Origin: Bugula neritina
Lineage: Eukaryota; Animalia; Bryozoa
Assembly (NCBI GenBank): GCA_964035545.1
Contig: OZ037772.1
Location: 11,344,818 to 11,408,817 of the forward strand
Length of the DNA: 64,000 nt
Direction: 5' to 3'
Shown: positions 37,998 through 64,000 of the stretch, in pieces
Position numbering within the stretch: the stretch's first letter is position 1
Layout of the letters: the number at the start of each line of letters is the position of its first letter
Notes under the pieces: generated by a model
Seen by the model: the letters and a program-made list of their open reading frames with translations, nothing else
What the model was told of the DNA's origin: nothing
Database searches by the model: none
Position numbers and translations under genes: made by a program

Positions 37998-38699
37998 TAT
38001 AAAAATTGCTACATTTTAAAATAATATTATATATTTAGTACAATTTATAAATATAACATAAACTTGACACACCCTGTATCTGGCATTTATAAGTGGAACA
38101 AACTATTTTTATTCTACTGGACTGGGAAACTTGTAACATTTTAGACCCTTTATCACCTGAGCTAGATTATAACTATTTTTTAGCAATGTATATTCATTTT
38201 ATTGAAGGAACAAGTTATAAATACCGGCTAATAATAATTTCCAGGGTTTTAAAACAAGCTTTTTTACTTTCAAAGTAAAGGAGGATAGGCTCTCGAGTCT
38301 TATTGAGTATCAAACTTAGAGTTGTCTTCCACAAAAATAAGTTGTGCTAGGAGTCTTCTCCTTTTTATAGTCGAATTGTTTTATAAAAATGTTATATAAA
38401 CAAATAGCATTTTCAGTTTATTTTAATTATTTTTTCAATAACATGAATAAAATGGTTAGTGTTCAATTTAAAAACTAAAGCATAACCGGAAACCTAATTG
38501 TATTTCTACTTAAACTGCCGATTTAGATGTCTACAAACATGGCCGTGAATGCACAGATTCTAGGAAGTTGAAAAATATTTATATAAATTTACGTTTCTTT
38601 TTTATATTTTAATGGTACCGATAGGTTTTTCACATTTGCTACATAAATCTGTCAATCGAAATGTGATGGTGAATTTAGGGCTATTGAATCTGTCATATA

Positions 38700-54937
<16,238 letters not shown>

Positions 54938-56054
54938 TAGCAGCTCTCTCATTGGTCTACGCGTTGCTAGTATGGCTGTGATTGGCTGGCTTCATCCACC
55001 AGTTGTTTTGCAGTTTACAAGATGCCATCGAGTCGCGGAACCTGCACGTGGTCTAGTCTACCCATGGCTCTACACACCTACATACTATTGTGCTCTGTAT
55101 TCTTGCTGCGTGTCCGGAGGACACACAGACAGACACCCTCTGCTCAATCTAGTTTATATCAGAAGAAACTCTTGGCTTAGTTTTAGAGTCGTTGACGAGT
55201 CAAGTTTTTAGCTTTCTCTAACCACCCACCCCATCTTAACTCGCGTTAGCGTTACCTCATCAGCACTGTTCATTTTTAGCAAAACTACTTTTTCTTTTTT
55301 TTGTATAGACAATATAACTTTATATAATTATTTTTAGATAGGTTAATTTTATTGTTGAAGTATAATTATAGTAATTGACTTATATTTGAGTACGTGACAT
55401 AATTTATATACAATATTTTTCATTTCTATTACTCTAGCGGTCATACAAAAGGTTTTATACTTTGAGTTTGCAGTATTGTTGACAAACGGAATTATTCATT
55501 TCTTCTTATCTAGTGTCGCAGGCACTTGCAGGCACTTGGTGGCATGGAGCATTTGATACAAGTACTTGCAGGCACCTGCAGCCACATATCAGGGTACCTG
55601 CAAGCATTTACTATTTTTGACTACTACTAATCTCACTTCATATCTTCAACATATTTATATAGCCTACTTTTGTATATTTTTTGTTGTTTTCTGTCAGATG
55701 TACAAAATAAATTAATTTACTACTGATGAATATATGCTGTGTTGGTATGAAACTTTTTTCAGCTTTCAATTGTATTTGTATATAATTTACGGTATCTGTA
55801 AGAAAATCCATTCACAGTAAGGAATTTAATTGTAAATGAAAACCTACACGTTTGCTAAAGGCGGTGAAAGGTGACCATGTTTTATAGCAATAAACGTGTA
55901 CAATGAAAGTTTGCATGTATTATATTTCTGGTCATATGCAACTGTTTAGTATAATATGCTTTTGAGAAGTCTTTGAAAATCAATGTTGAATTCCCGATTA
56001 TATTTTATTCTAAGGCAATACAAAATGAAACTCAAAAGTTAGACAACTCCGTCA

Positions 56055-58728
56055 TTACTTGCTTCCAGCTGCTGCCGGTGCCTTGTTGGGGAAGATTACA
56101 TCCAGGTCATTGCAGGCTCTGCAAGAACACACAGGGTAGATATCTAGTCTGAGGGGTTACTATACATGATAGATAATAAATATATATACATGTAACATTA
56201 ATATAATATATTATATTAGCCTATATGCAATATAATTATATTTATATTTCATGTATTATATCATACAGTGACTAAATATTATATTAGATATTCATATAAA
56301 TATCATATATTACTAGATGCATTCCCTTTACCATATGGTCTCTGGTGGAAACACAATTTGAACAATTGCCTTGGTTCTAGAGTGTATAACCATAGAGTAA
56401 GTAGGGGGGACTTACGCGCAGGACCTGTAGCAGTTCTCATGCATCCAGTGGAAGTAGGGGCTACCAATGTGACAATGTCCAAGTTTTATGTGGTTCTGGC
56501 ACTTAGTCATACTTACAGTGTCTTTACACAAAGCTGAAAGCAAAAACGGCATCATTGGTTAGAGTTTTACTACGTTATTTATCATTTTCTTTACTATATG
56601 CTATGAAAAACTATTAAATTTAATATAATTATTATTATTTATTATAGCATATCAATGAATATAAAATAATACTCTGCTCTTTTATTTACGTCCTTTGTGA
56701 CATATCTTGTTGAAAACTATTGTATATTCGATAATTATTTTTTATGGCATATATCTCTTACAGTGTAGGATAGTCTACATATACCTAATGCTCTTATCTA
56801 TTTGTCATTGAAGTGCACTACAGTCTTTAATATATCATGATAAAAACAATATATTTATCCTCTATTGTTTTATATTACATATAGTTTACATATATCTTAT
56901 AGTTTAGGATATTATACTTTCCTTTGTATTACAGTGTATTATACAGCTGCATAACAAATATAGACTGTGACCAGGAAACTTATTGGGTGGTCTGGTAACT
57001 TACTGGGTGGTCTGGTGACAGGTGGTGGTCTATGGTGAAGGTCATCATATGACAGCTGACCCAGTTGGATGAGCAGAGTTACCAGCTCCTCTGTGGCTAG
57101 AGCGGCAGCTTGCTGCCGGGTGTAAAGTTCATCAAGTATAATGTAATGCCAGAAGTATTTTATTAAAATGTGGTGTAACTCAGTGAGTGCTACGAACAAT
57201 ATCCAGCTTATTGTGTGTTAAATTTGGCAAAAGTTTCAGTTAATCAACATAATAATATGTCTGCCAAACATGCTATATGTATATTGGACATTGGATACTA
57301 TGAAAAGTATTATATATACTATAAGTCTATATGAATATGTTATACTGTATATTCTATATACAGTATAAACTGTTATATAAACTGTATATTATATAGCCTA
57401 TATTGTATGCTGTATAATTTATATGGTATATAATATATTATACCGTACTGTATTATACTATAATATATACCATATATTGTACACTGTATGTACTGTGCAA
57501 ACTGTATATATCATAAACGTACTGTGCTGTATTACAGAAAGTGTACGTATATATATGTATATTATATTCCATATAATATTGTACACTGTATATCTTATTA
57601 TAACAGCGCTGTATTGTATTACAGAAAGTGTGTACAATATACTGTATATCTCATTATAAACGTACTGTGCTGTCTTACAGAAAGTGTATAAAATATACTG
57701 CATATCTTATTATAAACGTACTGTACTGTATTACAGAAAGTGTATACAATATACTGTATATCTTATTATAACCGTACTGTACTGTATTACAGAAAGTGTA
57801 CATCCATATATACTTACTGCACTGTCATTTGCACACTTAGTTGACTTGTACCCAGTATCTCTGTCCGTCACACTGGCACAGTTTCCTTCCACCACAATCC
57901 TCATAGCTCTGTTAGAAATCACCGTCTGAAAATAGTATTTGTATCTATATGTTATATATTACGGAGCATAGGTTATACAGCGTAGAGCAAAGAGTATAGA
58001 GCATAGAGTAGGCTATAGAGTATACAGTATGAAGTATAGAGTATATAATGTAGAATATAGAGTACAGTGTATAGAACATTGAGCAAAGAGTATAGAATAT
58101 ATATTCATACGTACATCCTTGACATTGTTGGGTCCATTAATGCCGCTGAAGAACCCGGCAAGGCCATTAAGTACGGTGCTTGCAATAGCTACTCCGGCTA
58201 TAACTGATCTCTTCTCCTCGTATGTCAGTTTAACCTCTTTTTTATCCTCAGAATTCACCAGGAACAGCAGGCAGCATAGGCCTATGACAATCAGCAAATT
58301 ATTGTCAACATGATATCACATATCATATAATATCATATAAATGAGTGACCACCTATAGCAAGTGATTGTGTGACATCACATAGCAGGTGAATTAATGTTT
58401 GACATCACATAATGTGTGAGTGCGTATGACACTATATAGCAGGTGAGTATGTATGTGTGGGCGTGGTATGCGTGGGCGTGGTATGGAGCATGCTAATTTG
58501 AACAATGGTTAAGATTTTGAAGTTCTCCAGAGAAACAAAATGGCTACACGACTGATTTGATTGTGTGGGAACAGCAGAGATTAGTTGCATGCGCATCAAA
58601 TATACTATAGCCAACTTACCTTGTAATTTATTTATTAAACTTATTTACTTACCTGTGAAATACATTAAAGAACTATAAGATGAATCTTACTTACCACAAG
58701 CTATTCTTGTCACAGATAAATTAACCAT
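56055..58728 (-). CDS. Unannotated secreted preproprotein (199 aa): signal peptide, KR-ending propeptide, ALF-like region, Pro linker, ShKT domain
   Basis: GT-AG exons 58728-58695, 58281-58115, 57925-57818, 57112-57004, 56533-56416, 56118-56055 total 600 nt, all phases consistent. Protein: MVNLSVTRIACGLCCLLFLVNSEDKKEVKLTYEEKRSVIAGVAIASTVLNGLAGFFSGINGPNNVKDTVISNRAMRIVVEGNCASVTDRDTGYKSTKCANDSAQAAALATEELVTLLIQLGQLSYDDLHHRPPPVTRPPTLCKDTVSMTKCQNHIKLGHCHIGSPYFHWMHENCYRSCAACNDLDVIFPNKAPAAAGSK*. ShKT pattern C-x8-C-x8-C-x13-C-x3-C-x2-C with CxD and WMxxNC. AATAAA on the minus strand at 56004-56009. Confidence 0.85.
57480..57800. repeat. ~56-60 bp tandem repeat in intron 3 of the ShKT gene
   Basis: Several copies of ACTGTATATCTTATTATAAACGTACTGTGCTGTATTACAGAAAGTGT. 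Confidence 0.85.
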
Positions 58729-59635
58729 GTTGTAGAACAAGACCGTGGTTGAGTGAAGAGCACTCAGAAATTACCACCACATCATGAGAGCCAACATGTG
58801 TGTATCAGGTAGGCTTGCAGCTGTTGCGTAACACTTGATATCTCAAAATTTAATGTAACTTATTTTGTGTCGCAGTGGAAACAGATTCTTAAAATGGCAA
58901 TACAGTGCTATGTGATTTCATAGATTAGGCTTATTTCTAACAGGATGCAGCAGCAATATTGTGCGAGAACAAAGGCTATAAAATAAATACTACTGCAGAC
59001 AGTTTGTCTACATTCCCTTAGTAGCAAAATAAGTGACAAGATTTCAATCTAAGAGTAGTGCGTGACTGAGCAGGTTAAGGTTCAAATACTGTGAGGCTGA
59101 TTGTATGTAGAAGAGAGTTGAATTCTCAGCCTTAATTTTGAGAAGTCTCTTGGATTGTGCCTTGGCTTTTGTAAGTATTGGAATTATTAGGGCTATGTTG
59201 AAAATTTACCCCCAATTATTAGTTGTGGAATAGTCTATAGGCTATACTTCTAGAAGGCTGTGGATTTAATAAACAAAGTAAAGATAACTCTAAACACTGA
59301 TTCAATTGAGAAATAATAATTTTATTTTATTGTTCAGATAAATCAGATGAGTAAGCTAAGTATCGAGTAAAACTACACAACAGAAAATGATGAAATCATA
59401 GCAGTTTCTCTAAACTAATAGAAATAGCATTCACTGTTCAATTGGCTTTAAGAATTTCCGTCCCCAACTCAATTCACATTGATGAGTACAACTGTGATAT
59501 GGAGACCGTTAGATGGGCACTGGAGAAAGCTTAGAAGATACTAGTTGATAGCTATAGCAGTGGACAGAGAGTAGATTAGTGGTTTGCTGTACAAAGTGTT
59601 TGTAGCTATGAGTGATGACCCTGAAATGAGGTTCT

Positions 59636-60824
59636 TTAGCTGGAGAGGTATCCCCTAGAATGAAAAAGATCAAAACTTATTGAAAATGTATTCTTATGCC
59701 TAAAAGATATGCTAAAATATTAACTTAGAGAAGCGACCTAAGGCTAAGCTCATAGTTCTCTAGTATACATAGAAACAGAAACCGAAGTCTACAGCTTGTG
59801 CCTTTTGAGTTCATTTTAGAATTTGTAGACCTGATGGAATTTTTGTTTTTATAAATTTTGCAGTTAAAAGCACCTTCATTTATGTACAAAAGTAAACATA
59901 AGGACACAATTTTGACACAATACCGAAAGAAAAACGGCTGACCATCTGTCGGAGAAAAGCTGGAAGATGCCAAGCAGTCAAATGATATGAACATGACAAG
60001 ACAACAGTATCCTTATGCTATACTTACACCATACACACTGTATAATCTATGTATGCTCACAAAATCCACACGCTATACTTACGGTAATTTCATTCTCATG
60101 AACACTCGAAGCATAAAGAACGAGAGGAGAATACTCCCAATGCCCGTCATCAACAACAGTATTCTGTTTAGTTTAGGAGTGAGAGGGTTGTTAGTCTGGT
60201 CTAGGATGATGAAGCCCATTCCACCGAGAGCAAAGAGAAAACTAGAGGCTAGGCCTTCCATTATATACTGAGCATTGATTCTGTAAGGCATGAAGGCTAC
60301 GGGACGAGAATGGCCCCTCTCATCTGTGGTAGAGCCGATGCTTGGAGGCTCAACTATCACATCATAAATTACACCTACAAGTAAAAAGCAGACGGCCGGT
60401 TCATAATTCATACAAAAGCAATTCATAAATGTTGCTCTGTTAGTCAATCAACAAAACAGCTATATTATATATTACTATATCAATATGAGAAACCTTTAAA
60501 ATTTAGTCACGTCTTACTCCTAACTCTTATTTCAGTAGCAAGAATGGTTTTTCTATCTCATCATTTATTAATTAGACCTATTAAGAAGTTACGTAAATAT
60601 TTACCAGTTGTGATTCACACTCATATCGAATGTTTAAAGCTACAGATATAAAATGTAATCATTTAGGAGTAAGTCTCACCTCCTGTAACAAGAAAATATG
60701 AAACCATAGCTACACCAAACACAGTCATCGCAGAGGGCATTTTTAAAAAGCCTGGCTTTTTAATTTTTAAATTTGGTTGCTCTAGAACCTTGAACGGTGC
60801 GGTATACAAAAATCCTAAGACCAT
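59636..60824 (-). CDS. OSTC: Oligosaccharyltransferase complex subunit OSTC/DC2, 151 aa
   Basis: Exons 60824-60680, 60374-60083, 59654-59636. [19 protein letters not shown]...[66 protein letters not shown]...[12 protein letters not shown] matches OSTC. Confidence 0.96.
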
Positions 60825-62139
60825 TTTGAAGCAGGTATTAGAGGAATTAAAATTCTAATGAATAATTGATTGTATCTATCAGTTAAAATGAGACAGATTT
60901 CAACTTAAGCTCGACGGAAATGATTTTACGTGGCTATAATTGCATTTACTGGTGTCGCTACAATAATATTACATCTGGTAGTTTGCCTCTTCAAGTAAAA
61001 TTATTAGGCTTGTGAGAGGTCAATGGCTTAACGCTCGTATTGCTCCAGCCCCAATACAAATACTGTCCAATTAAATTAGCGGCTTGGGCGTGCTTTTCAA
61101 ACAAGTTGTTTTTATTACCTCAGGAAGTTTTGCAAGTCCTACATTTGGTAGTGAATAATTATACTTATAGTGTAAGTAAATTTAGTCAAATAAACTTATG
61201 AAATAGTAAGTCTTATCAACTTCTATAACAAAGCCACTATATTTTTGGATGTTATTGGCTGGATACAAAGTCAATAGGCATAGCCGTATAGCTAATCAAA
61301 GTAAAACTTAAAACTCAACTGAAACTGAAAGTCAAACTGAAAGTAATCACTGATTACTGATTCGTGATTTAGATTAGTGTCCATCGCTATCACTATGACA
61401 TTGACCATCACTGTGGCTATCGATATTACTATCAGTATGACTATGAGTATAAGACTAAGTATAACTATAACTCTAAAACTAAAAGTATCACGACGACGAA
61501 CTCTACGAGTATGACTATCAGTATCGCGATTAATTTTAGTGAGTTACATTGCGTTGGTAACTCAAACTGTAATGTTACTATTAATAATAGCACAGTGTGA
61601 TTGTATGATAACGATGAATCAGTATGAGTATAATTATAACTATAACTTATAAATAGAAGTATTTGTAAACTAGAGACAATTTGATATTTATTATTAACAA
61701 TATGAATATCATTATCATATCATATATCAATATAATTATATGCTAATACAAAAATACTGTATCAATATTAACAAAAATAAGTGTATGCTTTATTATTTAT
61801 GATTATATCTATACTAAGGTTTAAAGTAAGCTAAAATATAAAAATATTTATATTACGTATAACAACCGTAATACTAATAATACTAGTAGTGTACTGTAAT
61901 AGTGAGTGTGGTTGCTGATAGTGATTAGTGATCATGCTATATACAATTATTTAATGCTAGGCACAAAGATGGATTTAATACATAAATATAATTTTATATT
62001 AAAACTGCTTATTAGAAAAATGGAAAAATTTTAGTGTGATGTTAAATACTATAGTCATTATGTTTTTTTATAATTTAACAGCATTGCTCTGTGAAGCAGT
62101 GTATAAAGTGGTTACTAATTGGCTTTAACGGCTGCATAC

Positions 62140-64000
62140 ATGGCATCTCGCTCATCACCTGTGCATGTGCATGTTGATGAGGAAACACCTGTGCATGTTC
62201 ACGTGGAGAAATGTCCTGGTCTGATTGGGCCACCCAAGTCATCTCATAAGGTTGGCTCTGTGCGTGTGTTGCCATCTCTTACTGTCTGGTCATCAAATGA
62301 TCCTTTGTGTGATTTTCTATATCTGGTTTGTTCGTTGGCTTAGAAATCTTATACTTACATCGAGAGTGTTGATTCGCCTGTTTGTTTCATAACATCTGTC
62401 TGTTTATTGTGTGTTCTAGTTACTCAACTCTTTCTATCCAGTCTCTTTCCTGCCTATGATTGGCTTAAATTCTTCCCTTACCTCTATATTAGAATTCTAG
62501 GTATACTTCTCTGTCTACAGAGCCTTGTAAATCTTTCTTCAAGTTGGCAAATTAGTGCAAACACTGTTCTTATTTCTATTCTATCTTGGATCTTGTAATT
62601 CTATTTTATTACAATTGTTAAAAGAGAGCTTCAATTTGAGATGCATCTTCATGCCTCATTACAAAGGGAATAAAGCACCAAAACTCTTATTCTTGTCAAT
62701 ACATTTTTATAATATAGCTGAAAAAAACTGTAAGTCAAACATAGAGTGTGCAGTTTAGAGGTACAGAAAGCGCCACTTCATACCTATTAGGACATATGGT
62801 GTCCAGTTGATTCTGTTATTTGGATTGTAGAGCGTGTCTTATTAAAGGTATTATATGTAGTATGTACAAATATCACAAGTTGTCTACTCCTGTCTGTTCC
62901 TTTGTAGTCCAGGGACATGAGTCAGCACAGGTCTCGTAGCAGTAGCGCAGGTAAAAGGTCACCTACTCGGTCTAGTCTGAGATCGCCTCGAGCTCCCTGG
63001 GTGCCCGCACCAGCTAAGACCACCAGGGGGAGTAAGGTCACATTTGAGGTTAGTTCACTAGTCTATATTCTTCATGTATTTTGAGTATTAGAATGTGTTG
63101 AAATGGTTTGAGGAAAATAAGGGAATGCAACATCTTCCAGATATAAAATGCTTATAATTGTTATATGGCCTGATAGATATATACATTCAGATTGCTTGTA
63201 ATTTCTGCTAAAATACGGTGTGGTACAGCTGTGGTCTCTGTGTTAACTTAAATCCAGATGTATTTGAGCAAGTAGCTGATTAAATCTCAGCTAGTAGTGT
63301 TGACTGCCATATCAAGTCCCAATTTTTATTTAATTTAGTCATTTGTTTAGTAGTCATAATAATTAGTCTAATAGTCATACTCATTAGTTTAATAGTTATT
63401 AGTTATTAGTTTAGTAGTCATAGGCATTATAGTCTAGTAGTCATAGTCATTAGTAATAGTCATCAGTATAATAGTCACAGTTATTAGTATAGTATTCACA
63501 TGCTGCATGATGTCACTACACACAGGGTAGCCGAGGTACCCTGGAGATTGGTGGACCGTATTACGAGTCTATGAGAAGGTGTGAGTTGGACAGACGGGGT
63601 ACAGGAAGAGACGAAGATAAAGACGACGATGATACGGTAGCTGTGACAGCTCAGTCTAAGGACTACGAGAGGAAGATATCTGGTCTCATGAGAGAGGTTG
63701 GGGATTTGAGGGAACAGGTTAGTATTCTAATAGACATCCTGTCTGTTTCTGTAAACATACACTAGAGTCTTGTTGTGTGATGTATAGAGTGTTGTGATTG
63801 TTATCTGTGAGATAAGCTACCACAGAATTTGGGTAAAGTAAGTTATCACAGGAATAGTGTGAAGTAAATTCTCACACAACTAGAGCAAAGTAAGTTATTA
63901 CAGAATTAGAGCAAAGTAAGTTATCACAGAATTAGGGCAAAGTAAGTTATCACAGAACTCTGTGATTTAGGCGGAGGAAGGCAGGGAAACGGCTGAGATT
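62140..64000 (+). CDS. ODF2: Outer dense fiber protein 2 / cenexin homolog, 5' part (continues past the right edge)
   Basis: Exons 62140-62250, 62908-63048, 63526-63717, 63971->64000. N-terminal SPVHVHVDEETPVHVHV, then RAPWVPAPAK...FE...LEI and the coiled-coil start YERKISGLMREVGDLREQ, are ODF2-family hallmarks. Confidence 0.85.
63820..63957. repeat. ~26-bp degenerate tandem repeat (AAAGTAAGTTATCACAGAATTAGAGC) before an ODF2 acceptor
   Basis: Four to five units. Confidence 0.8.

Noticed and set aside
56416-56424. 9-nt microexon (TACAG|GTCCTGCGC|GTAAGT)
   Set aside because: The longer exon 56533-56416 uses the same donor, restores phase and yields a complete six-Cys ShKT domain.
58115-58281. 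Actinoporin
   Set aside because: Only the precursor layout and N-terminal helix are similar. The downstream sequence lacks the actinoporin beta-sandwich and aromatic-patch motifs, and it contains cysteines.

Overview
AT-rich, intron-dense genomic DNA from an invertebrate animal, probably a protostome; the species cannot be fixed from sequence alone. I spliced exons by hand and checked the phase at every junction. This gives eight protein-coding genes: QSOX (-, runs off the left edge), SKOR/Fussel/CORL (-), Lhx2/9-apterous (-), a CPTP-type GLTP-fold protein with a long N-terminal extension (-), Abl tyrosine kinase (+, 20 exons), an unannotated 199-aa secreted protein (-), OSTC/DC2 (-) and ODF2/cenexin (+, runs off the right edge). 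Introns carry many micro- and minisatellites, a tRNA-derived SINE family (4 copies) and TA-flanked MITE-like inverted repeats. The best candidate for novelty is the 6-exon gene at 56055-58728, which the ORF track does not show as a unit. Its architecture is signal peptide, propeptide ending in KR, a region that aligns by eye to the anti-lipopolysaccharide-factor (ALF) fold with a shortened hairpin and relocated cysteines, a Pro-rich linker and a six-Cys ShKT domain. Other notable signals: tandem duplications of splice donors in three genes (one set in frame at the CPTP lipid-headgroup helix), two GC-AG introns, an RFX X-box cluster inside the last Lhx2/9 exon, E-box-multimerising minisatellites in Abl introns, and QSOX/Lhx2-9/Abl/ODF2 linkage matching the human 9q33-34 and chromosome 1 paralogous regions.
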